Shown here: piece after piece, positions 27,456 to 35,195 of the stretch
Numbering within the stretch: position 1 is the stretch's first letter
How the letters are laid out: the number at the start of each line of letters is the position of its first letter
Assembly (NCBI GenBank): GCA_031254805.1
Contig: JAIRTP010000078.1
Coordinates: 21,521-85,520 of the forward strand
Origin: Bacteroidales bacterium
Lineage (GTDB): Bacteria; Bacteroidota; Bacteroidia; Bacteroidales; WRLA01
Direction: 5' to 3'
DNA: 64,000 nucleotides
Translations under genes and position numbers: made by a program
The notes under the pieces: model-generated
What the model was told of the DNA's origin: nothing
The model's database searches: none
The model's input: only the letters and a program-made list of their open reading frames with translations

Positions 27456-27620
27456 ATGAAGACTTATATTGCGTTGCAGATGAAAATCAATGTCGACGGA
27501 AAAAACATAGTGAAAATGAGTGATTTGAAAGAAACTTTTTCATAAAAAAGTTATGCGCTCCAAGGTTATACTCAAAGCGGCGATATATTGTTTGAATTTG
27601 GAAAAGAGAAGTCGATTTGA
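27456..27620 (+). pseudogene. DUF1697-family gene relic (N-terminal ~55 codons with in-frame stop)
   Basis: MKTYIALQMKINVDGKNIVKMSDLKETFS*KSYALQGYTQSGDILFEFGKEKSI* resembles the DUF1697 N-terminus recalled as YIALLRGINVGGKN..M..L...TYIQSGNvvFe. TAA at 27543. It ends at the hydG stop. Confidence 0.55.
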
Positions 27621-27626
27621 TAGAGT

Positions 27627-29057
27627 CTAAAAATAGAGATCTCTTTCTCCGTTTTTGATGCGATTGATACGATCTCGTATTTCTGTAATAAATTTATCGT
27701 CGCCGATGGCGGTAAGATTCTTTTCAATGCTTTCCCAGCCTGTTTTTTTTGTCTCTTCCGGCGCATAATCTTCCAAATATTCGGCAAAAGTCAAAATGGC
27801 GTTAGGCGTACAAAATCGTTTAATAAATCCCGGTACGGAAAATTCCATAAAATGTTCTCCCGTTCTGCCTTTGCGATAACATGCAGTGCAAAAGGAGGGA
27901 AGAAAATCATCTTCTATTAATTCATTGACGATATCATTCAATGATCGCGAATCATTGATCTTAAATTGCTCGCGATTCAAATCCTGTTCTTCGTTGATGG
28001 ATTCGGAATAACTTCCTAATTCCAACTTGGTTCCGCCGTCGATTTGACTAACGCCAAATTCCATTACTTCACGACGCAAAACAGGATTTTCCCGCGCCGT
28101 CAGAATAAGTCCCGTATAAGGAACGGCTAAGCGCAAAATAGCTATGAGACGAGAAAAATCATTGTTACTTACCATATATTTCAGACCGATATTCTCCATA
28201 ACGGCGTCTTGAATGCGCGGAAAAGAGATAGTATGCGGGCCGACATGATAACACGCTTCTAAATGATTGGTATGACGCACCATTGCCATAACTTCGAAGC
28301 GCCAATCATACAATCCAAATAACGTCCCGATGCCGACGTCGTCAATTCCTGCTTCTTGAGCGCGATCCAATGCCGTTAACCGCCAATTATAATCGCGCTT
28401 TTTCCCGCCGAGATGATACCAACTGTAAGCTTCGGGATGATAAGTCTCTTGAAAAATTTGATAAGTGCCAATGCCCGCCTCTTTAACGGTTCGAAAACCG
28501 GCAATATCAAGAGGAGCCGCATTAATATTTACTCGACGAATCTCGCCGTTTCCTTTTTTTACGCTATAAGCAATATTTACGGTATGAGCGATAAATTCAG
28601 GATTATATCGTCTATGTTCGCCGTAAACAAGGATCAAACGTTTTTGTCCATTATCTTCCAACGCTTCTATTTCATGGATCATTTCCTCGTCTGTCAATGT
28701 TTTACGTACTGCGGTTTTGTTCGAAGTGCGAAATCCGCAATATTGACAATTATTAGTGCATTCGTTACCGATGTATAGCGGCGCGAAAAGCACAATTCGG
28801 TTGCCGTATACCTTTTTCTTTAAATCTCTAGCTCCTTGCTTGATCTCTTCGATGAGTTCGGGCGTATCGGCATTAATCAATGTTGCCGTTTCATGAAGCG
28901 TAAGACGTTCTTTATTGAGAGATTTGGATATTATTTCGCGCACTTTAGAGGCTTCCGGTTTGGCAGTCTCCGAAATGTGCGACCATATCTCGTTTACATC
29001 AATAAAAGGAGTCATCCTTTTATCGGGTATCGCACATATTTCTGGTTTAAAAATCAT
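27627..29057 (-). CDS. hydG: [FeFe]-hydrogenase maturase HydG (radical SAM tyrosine lyase)
   Basis: CX3CX2C (CTNNCQYC). 476 aa. C-terminal CX2CX22C (CTACYRKGRTGEHFMEFSVPGFIKRFC) distinguishes HydG from ThiH. Confidence 0.8.
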   Translation of the reverse strand: MIFKPEICAIPDKRMTPFIDVNEIWSHISETAKPEASKVREIISKSLNKERLTLHETATLINADTPELIEEIKQGARDLKKKVYGNRIVLFAPLYIGNECTNNCQYCGFRTSNKTAVRKTLTDEEMIHEIEALEDNGQKRLILVYGEHRRYNPEFIAHTVNIAYSVKKGNGEIRRVNINAAPLDIAGFRTVKEAGIGTYQIFQETYHPEAYSWYHLGGKKRDYNWRLTALDRAQEAGIDDVGIGTLFGLYDWRFEVMAMVRHTNHLEACYHVGPHTISFPRIQDAVMENIGLKYMVSNNDFSRLIAILRLAVPYTGLILTARENPVLRREVMEFGVSQIDGGTKLELGSYSESINEEQDLNREQFKINDSRSLNDIVNELIEDDFLPSFCTACYRKGRTGEHFMEFSVPGFIKRFCTPNAILTFAEYLEDYAPEETKKTGWESIEKNLTAIGDDKFITEIRDRINRIKNGERDLYF

Positions 29058-29080
29058 AATTATCTAAAAATTTGCTGTTG

Positions 29081-29088
29081 CAAATATA
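29081..29088 (-). promoter_or_regulatory. -7 box TATATTTG for hydG
   Basis: TAnnTTTG, 23 nt upstream of ATG 29057. Confidence 0.4.
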
Positions 29089-29184
29089 ACACTATTTGAG
29101 GAAATATGATTGTAATGCAGGTTACATATTTTTTCTATTTTTCTTAAGCATGATATCTTCTTTATCTGATTTGATAATAATTAT

Positions 29185-29192
29185 TACTTTTG
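29185..29192 (+). promoter_or_regulatory. -7 box TACTTTTG upstream of OM barrel gene
   Basis: TAnnTTTG, 88 nt upstream of ATG 29281. Confidence 0.3.
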
Positions 29193-29280
29193 CAGCATGT
29201 TATAAAGCGTATTGTAACGTTTGTTTATACAATAGAAATAGTTTTGAATCGTTATGCAATTGCTATTTTATTCTATGTTT

Positions 29281-30021
29281 ATGAAGAAAAAGATCTTTTA
29301 CTTGTTATTGATGTTTTTTACGGGAGCGACCTTTTCGGTAAATGCGCAAATTGTTAGAGGCGCGCTCATTGGAGGCGTTAATCTTTCTCAAGTTGACGGC
29401 GATGAAATTTATGGGTTCCGGCAAGTTGGAGCTAATGTAGGAGGAGCCGCCATTATTCCCTTTACGGAACATTGGACGTTGACGCTGGAGACAATTTATA
29501 GTATGGAAGGGGCTAAACAGAAAGCAAAAAATCTGGGAATATGGGAGCATTCGTATTATGATTCCATATGGATCAATCCTTACAATGATGTGGATTCTTT
29601 TTATTTGAACGGAGCGTATAATTTGCGGTTAAATTATGTTCGTATACCGATTGTGGCGCATTATGTTGATAAAAAGTTCTCTTTGGGCGGCGGCGTCGAA
29701 TACGGACGGTTAGTGAATGTAAAAGAGCAGGAGCATGATATTTATAATACCGATTTTATTGCCGACTCGGCTTATAATAAAAATGACTTGAGTATATTAG
29801 CGGACGTTAAATTTCAAATTTATAAAGGAATATATCTGAATGTGCGTTATTCTTATTCTCTCCTAAAAATTCGCGAAAGAACATTCAGGGACGTATATAA
29901 CTTAAGAAAAACAACAAATCGAAAGCAATACAATAATATATTGACTCTTAGATTGATATGGGTTATTAATGATAAAGGGAAAACCCTTCAGAGACAAAGT
30001 AAGGAAGTATTGCCTTATTAA
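29281..30021 (+). CDS. PorT-like / porin-family outer-membrane beta-barrel protein
   Basis: Start moved to MKKKIFYLLLMFFTGATFSVNAQ. Alternating beta-strand pattern. Confidence 0.7.
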   Translation: MKKKIFYLLLMFFTGATFSVNAQIVRGALIGGVNLSQVDGDEIYGFRQVGANVGGAAIIPFTEHWTLTLETIYSMEGAKQKAKNLGIWEHSYYDSIWINPYNDVDSFYLNGAYNLRLNYVRIPIVAHYVDKKFSLGGGVEYGRLVNVKEQEHDIYNTDFIADSAYNKNDLSILADVKFQIYKGIYLNVRYSYSLLKIRERTFRDVYNLRKTTNRKQYNNILTLRLIWVINDKGKTLQRQSKEVLPY

Positions 30022-31415
30022 TCGTTTGATTTCGCTATTTCTTCTATTTCAGACATAATTTGAGAGGCTAAAGCGTCCGCTTTTTCAGCGTCGTCGCTTT
30101 CGGCATAAATTCTTATGATCGGTTCGGTATTTGACTTGCGAAGGTGTGCCCACTCTTTATCAAACTCTATTTTTAATCCGTCAATAGTTGAATGAGGAAG
30201 AGCGGCATATTTTTTTTGCATTTTTTTCAAAATAGAATCCACGTTTACATTTTCTTCGATTTTTATCTTGTTTTTTGAGATAAAATATTGAGGATATTGT
30301 TTCTTAAGTTCTATGGACGACTTCTTTTCTTTTGCCAAATAACTCAAAAACAGCGCAATACCGACCAATGCGTCACGACCGTAATGCAGTTCGGGATAAA
30401 TAACGCCGCCGTTTCCTTCGCCGCCGATTATGGCGTTTGTCTGTTTCATCATTTCCACGACGTTTACTTCGCCTACTGCGGAGGCAAAATATTTGCCGCC
30501 TAAACGCTCCGTAATATCGCGAAGCGCCCGTGTTGAAGAGATATTAGAAACGGCGTTTCCGGGCGTATGTCGAAGTATATAATCGCTGATAGCCACTAAA
30601 GTATACTCTTCGCCGAACATACTGCCGTCGCTATTTACAATAGCTAAACGATCAACGTCCGGATCGACGACAAAACCGACATCGGCCTTTTTCTCTTTCA
30701 TTAATTGAGAAATATCGGTCAAATGTTCGGCTAAAGGCTCCGGATTGTGCGGGAAAATACCGTTAGGATTGCAGTATAGTTCGTAAACCGTATTGACGCC
30801 CAAAGCTTTCAATAATTTTGGTATGGCAATTCCTCCGGTAGAATTGACGCAATCGATAGCGACAGAAAAATTAGATTTAGCAATGTCCGCATGAGAAACC
30901 AAGGAAAGCTTTAAAATAGCGGCAATATGGTCGTCGATAGCTTTTTCATAGGTCGCATAATTTCCTAATTGCATTACATCGGCAAAACGAATATTCTCGT
31001 TTTCAGATAACTCGATAATGCGTTTTCCTTCAATATCATTGATGAATTCTCCATGTTTATTAAGAAGTTTCAAAGCGTTCCATTCCATAGGATTGTGGCT
31101 TGCCGTCAACATAATTCCCGCCGAAGCATGGAGTTTCGGGATGGCCATTTCAATGGTCGGCGTTGTCGTTAATCCGATATCAATGACATTGCATCCCATT
31201 GCTTGTAATGTTCCGCAGACAAGTTGCGAGACCATACTGCCCGAAATGCGCGCATCGCGACCTGTGACAATAGTCAATCGCTCTTTTTGCTCCCGTTCTT
31301 TGATAAGGATAACGAAAGCGGCCGTAAATTTCACAATGTCGACGGGCGTTAAGTTTGTTTTAGCGTTGCCTCCGATTGTGCCGCGAATTCCTGATATGGA
31401 TTTTATTAAAGTCAT
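30018..31415 (-). CDS. glmM: phosphoglucosamine mutase
   Basis: Active-site TASHNP, Mg loop DPDVDR, alpha-D-phosphohexomutase four-domain length. Confidence 0.85.
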   Translation of the reverse strand: MTLIKSISGIRGTIGGNAKTNLTPVDIVKFTAAFVILIKEREQKERLTIVTGRDARISGSMVSQLVCGTLQAMGCNVIDIGLTTTPTIEMAIPKLHASAGIMLTASHNPMEWNALKLLNKHGEFINDIEGKRIIELSENENIRFADVMQLGNYATYEKAIDDHIAAILKLSLVSHADIAKSNFSVAIDCVNSTGGIAIPKLLKALGVNTVYELYCNPNGIFPHNPEPLAEHLTDISQLMKEKKADVGFVVDPDVDRLAIVNSDGSMFGEEYTLVAISDYILRHTPGNAVSNISSTRALRDITERLGGKYFASAVGEVNVVEMMKQTNAIIGGEGNGGVIYPELHYGRDALVGIALFLSYLAKEKKSSIELKKQYPQYFISKNKIKIEENVNVDSILKKMQKKYAALPHSTIDGLKIEFDKEWAHLRKSNTEPIIRIYAESDDAEKADALASQIMSEIEEIAKSND

Positions 31416-31439
31416 GATTATAAAATGTTTATTGTATGG

Positions 31440-32972
31440 CTATTCTCGCTTGAAAATGTCGTTTTTTTGCAAAGGACGCCTTTCGTTTTGTAATTTGAAT
31501 CCTTTCAATCGTTGCGCTTCTTTAGGAAATTCATCTTCGGGATATGTTATAGCATTTGCGCCTTCAATATAGGTAATACTATTAAACTCATTGTTTTCTA
31601 ACATGATATAAAGACGCGCGGCTACAGCCTTGTCGATACCGACGAGATCGTTATTTTCTTCGCGAATATAATAAAGCGATTCTGCATTTCCGTCGGAAAC
31701 GATTTTATATATGTCGTTATCAATAAAATATGCCGTTATCAAGCGCCCTCGCACTTGATTATATGTTTCTAACGTATCCCGTGAAAGAACAAAAGCATTA
31801 CCATAATATCTGATAGAGTCGATATTATTTTCTTTCATATAAAAATAAGCTGAATCGGAAGTGAGTTGACTTTCTCCTTCCCACATAATAGGATCGAAAT
31901 ACATTCGTAAAATAGAGTCGGCCACGGTAAAAGCTAAAGAATCGCATGCTCCTTGGATGTTGCTTTTAAATATTTTTACCTTATAATAAGAGAAAAGGTG
32001 CGTGACGCTGTTGGAAGAATCTGTAAGCACAAAAAGCGTATCGGAATGTAAAAACATAGAATCTTGGCGATCGTCGATTAATATGGCTAACGCGCTGTCA
32101 ACCATAAAACCGAAAAAATCGTTTCGATGATATTCGCCATATTGTCCGCTAACGACAATATTCTTAGATGTGTCGATCAGTTCTACGTCGGTATAAAACT
32201 TTCCGATGCCGGAAGGGCTGTCGTATGTCGCTCTTTGACATTTAGTTATCTGATTCTCGTCAATAGCGTAAATATTTTGTTGAAGATCCGAATCGTCCGT
32301 TATGGTATTATACCAGCCCGCTTCACAGTACATATAACGTCCGCTTTTTCCATAAATATGAGTTGGTCCGAATATTTCAGCCACTTTTGTATCGGTATGA
32401 TAAACAAGCGTATCGGAATAGAGATCATTTTCCATATTGAAAACATGGACGCTGTCTTGAAAATGCACTTTTTTGGTTTGCGTATAATATATCCCGTTTT
32501 TCGAGATTAAAGTATTCTCATCGTCTACGATACGTCCCCACTTTTTATAGTCGGCATAACCAAGATCCCGATAATAATAAAGCAGATCGGTGTAGAGCGT
32601 TTTTTCCCCATCTTCTAAAACTACGTCGCCGGTAGCTTTGACAATGCGGGAATTTCCGGAATAGGTCAAAAAATTGCTGTGAAGATCTAATGAGTCGTTA
32701 AACTTAATATGTACGCTGCTAAACGCATCAATGGAGTTAGCTACCTTGTAATGATAAGCCGAATCGCAATACAGGATAGCGCTATCATGCTTGAAAATGA
32801 CATTCCCATACATATTCGTACGATTCAATGAAGCAATATCGTGAGCGCTGTCGGCATTTAAAATCTCTATCCGCACCGTTTTCTTCCGATCTTCTTGACC
32901 GCTAAGCGTAAAAAATAGGATCAAAAAAGCAGGTAATAATATGATTATTAATAATTTTGTATTTTTGTTCAT
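31440..32972 (-). CDS. OstA/LptA-like repeat protein
   Basis: Start moved to ATG 32972 (MNKNTKLLIIILLPAFLILFF; the track start is TTG). Repetitive beta-jellyroll-like OstA_N pattern. Confidence 0.65.
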   Translation of the reverse strand: MNKNTKLLIIILLPAFLILFFTLSGQEDRKKTVRIEILNADSAHDIASLNRTNMYGNVIFKHDSAILYCDSAYHYKVANSIDAFSSVHIKFNDSLDLHSNFLTYSGNSRIVKATGDVVLEDGEKTLYTDLLYYYRDLGYADYKKWGRIVDDENTLISKNGIYYTQTKKVHFQDSVHVFNMENDLYSDTLVYHTDTKVAEIFGPTHIYGKSGRYMYCEAGWYNTITDDSDLQQNIYAIDENQITKCQRATYDSPSGIGKFYTDVELIDTSKNIVVSGQYGEYHRNDFFGFMVDSALAILIDDRQDSMFLHSDTLFVLTDSSNSVTHLFSYYKVKIFKSNIQGACDSLAFTVADSILRMYFDPIMWEGESQLTSDSAYFYMKENNIDSIRYYGNAFVLSRDTLETYNQVRGRLITAYFIDNDIYKIVSDGNAESLYYIREENNDLVGIDKAVAARLYIMLENNEFNSITYIEGANAITYPEDEFPKEAQRLKGFKLQNERRPLQKNDIFKRE

Positions 32973-33198
32973 ACGCTTGCAAAAATAACAGATAGAATTA
33001 ACCAATGAACAATTTTTATTCCAAATTAGAAAAAAATATTTTTAAGAGGATTCAACAAGAGCGTTTTATTAATTGTTTTCTTGATTTTTAAATTACATAT
33101 TTATGATAATCAGAAAGTTATATGACCATGCTTACTTTTTCTGATTTTCATCTGAGCTAAAGACAATGTGAATGAAATATTTGTTTGAATAAAATATG

Positions 33199-33206
33199 TA
33201 CCTTTG
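33199..33206 (+). promoter_or_regulatory. -7 box TACCTTTG for aldolase-family gene
   Basis: TAnnTTTG, 46 nt upstream of ATG 33253. Confidence 0.4.
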
Positions 33207-33252
33207 TTTTAAATTTGTAGATGATAAAATGTAAATATTAGATATTTCATTG

Positions 33253-33879
33253 ATGAACAGCAAGATTTTAAAATTTGTGGAAGAGAGCCGTCGAATTGGA
33301 AGAGAATATCTTCAATATTGCAGTAGCGGAAATCTTTCTTGGCGAATTGAGGATAATACGGCGTTGATATCCGGAACAGGATCGTGGCTTATTAATATGG
33401 AAGAAACTCAAGTCGCTATTTGTGAGATTGATAGCAGTCAGTGGATTGGCGGGGCAACACCCTCTATGGAGAGTTGTTTTCATATGGATATTATGAAACG
33501 ACGTCGCGACGTAGAAGTGGTTTTTCATCTGCAATCGGAATTTGCAACGGCTATCTCATGTATGAGACGAAAACCTGAAAATTTTAATGTGACCGCTGAA
33601 ATCCCTTGTTACTGCGGCAAAGAAATTGCCGTTATTCCCTATTTACGCCCCGGATCGAAAGAGTTGGCTCAAGCCGTTTCTACAGCATTTATCGATCATG
33701 ATACAGCCATTTTGAGTAATCATGGGCAAGTTGTTTGCGGAAAAAGTTTTGACGATGCTTTACAAAAAGCGTTGTTTTTTGAAATGGCGTGTAACATTAT
33801 TATAAAATCAGGAGAAGGGAATTATGCTACGCTAACAAAAAAAGAGATAGATGAGTTGACGCATTATCTGCATAGATAA
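33253..33879 (+). CDS. class II aldolase/adducin-family protein
   Basis: GNLSWR, TPSMES, VVFHLQSEFATAIS, LSNHGQVVCG align with the class II aldolase fold. ATG at 33253 (the track start is TTG). Confidence 0.75.
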   Translation: MNSKILKFVEESRRIGREYLQYCSSGNLSWRIEDNTALISGTGSWLINMEETQVAICEIDSSQWIGGATPSMESCFHMDIMKRRRDVEVVFHLQSEFATAISCMRRKPENFNVTAEIPCYCGKEIAVIPYLRPGSKELAQAVSTAFIDHDTAILSNHGQVVCGKSFDDALQKALFFEMACNIIIKSGEGNYATLTKKEIDELTHYLHR

Positions 33880-34020
33880 AATTGAAAAAAATGAGCAATG
33901 TATTGATTTTAAAATACTAAAAAACGAATTTTCATGACGGACAATAATGGACAATTTTATTATAAAATAAACGTTATCAATACAGTATAAAACCTAATTA
34001 TAAACTAATAACTTGATTGT

Positions 34021-34563
34021 ATGAAAAAAATAAGTTTGACGGTATTAATGTCGTTAATATTAGCGTTCACGACGGCTCAGGAGCGAGATCAAGAGGCGAA
34101 AATCACTTATTCAAATATTACAGAATTTGGATTTTTCATGGCGAGTCCTCGAGGCGTAGCCTTTGAGGCGACAACGATGAATGGTTTTGCGATCAATAAA
34201 CAACACTGCCTTGGATTTGGAATCGGGATAGGCTTTCAGAGTTATGAAGAATACGAAAGCGTTGCGGTCTATACTCCGATATTTGTTAATTACAGGCTCT
34301 ATTTTAAGCCTGGCGAAAGATTCTCTCCGCATATAAACGCCTCATTAGGAAGCTTTTTACTTGACGATGGAGAAGGACTCTATTCATCGTTTTCGGCTGG
34401 ATTCAGAGCTGGAAAATTTTCATTTTCTTCCGGAATTTCCTTTATGCCGGTGCAACGATCCGAAAAGATCTGGGATTCTCAAATTCCTTATGATGCAAGT
34501 CAGGAAGAATCTAAATGGTATTATCCGTTTGGAGTTTTACTGAAATGGGGATTCTCATTCTGA
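34021..34563 (+). CDS. small outer-membrane beta-barrel-like protein (180 aa)
   Basis: Signal peptide ..AFTTAQE, Gly/aromatic-rich alternating pattern, C-terminal ..KWGFSF. Confidence 0.6.
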   Translation: MKKISLTVLMSLILAFTTAQERDQEAKITYSNITEFGFFMASPRGVAFEATTMNGFAINKQHCLGFGIGIGFQSYEEYESVAVYTPIFVNYRLYFKPGERFSPHINASLGSFLLDDGEGLYSSFSAGFRAGKFSFSSGISFMPVQRSEKIWDSQIPYDASQEESKWYYPFGVLLKWGFSF

Positions 34564-34595
34564 GAAAAGAATGTTTTGAATCAGAAATAAACAAG

Positions 34596-34618
34596 ACCGG
34601 TTTTTTAACCGGTTTTTT
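34596..34618 (+). terminator. rho-independent terminator
   Basis: ACCGGTT-tttt-AACCGGT followed by T6. Confidence 0.7.
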
Positions 34619-35020
34619 GTTGATAGAAAAGAAGATCGCCTGTAAAATTATACGTTTGTAAAAAGCAAGAAGCATTGCCGGTTAAAAAAGGAAAAACAGC
34701 GCGTCATTCAAATCAAAATTTTGTTCCTGGGGCAATTGTCATCTCGTTTCCAATGAAAAACTCAAAACGGAACAAGATAATATGAAAAATAGCGGCGTAA
34801 ACAAATTAAATTCTTTCAAAAAGGGGAAATATATGCGTTGGACTTTTGACGCGACCTCTTTATATCTGGAATTATATTCATTTCATTTTCACATAATTAT
34901 GATTAATTTGATAAAAATATAAACTGTGTTTTTATCTTGATCAAAAATTATGCCGTATTTTTTGGTTAAAATATTTTATTATAAAAAACGCTACTCTCTT
35001 ACCGTATTTCAGGCGTTTAA

Positions 35021-35028
35021 TATTTTTG
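35021..35028 (+). promoter_or_regulatory. -7 box TATTTTTG upstream of nrdJ
   Basis: TAnnTTTG, 167 nt upstream of ATG 35196 (311 nt upstream of the alternative ATG 35340). Confidence 0.3.
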
Positions 35029-35195
35029 CACTGTCTTTTGTTGATAAATGAGAGTTGCTTTATTCTACAGCTTAGCTGAAAACGTCATATTTTTGAAGAA
35101 CCTTTTACAAGCAAAGGGGGATAGATTAAATATATTAATTTTCAATACAATGCGGTAAAAATGCAATATCGCAATAACAATAATTCAATTGTAAT

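Noticed and set aside
27627-29057. Alternative call of ThiH (thiazole synthesis) for the radical SAM enzyme, given the ThiF-like gene in the window.
   Set aside because: The length (476 aa) and the C-terminal CX2CX22C accessory-cluster motif fit HydG, not the ~370-aa ThiH. thiF is 9 kb away and unlinked.
30018-30021. Convergent PorT-like and glmM genes share a palindromic TTAA in which both stop codons overlap. merR-like and tolC overlap by 28 nt.
   Set aside because: These are real but commonplace compact-genome features. No hairpin or regulatory element is evident.
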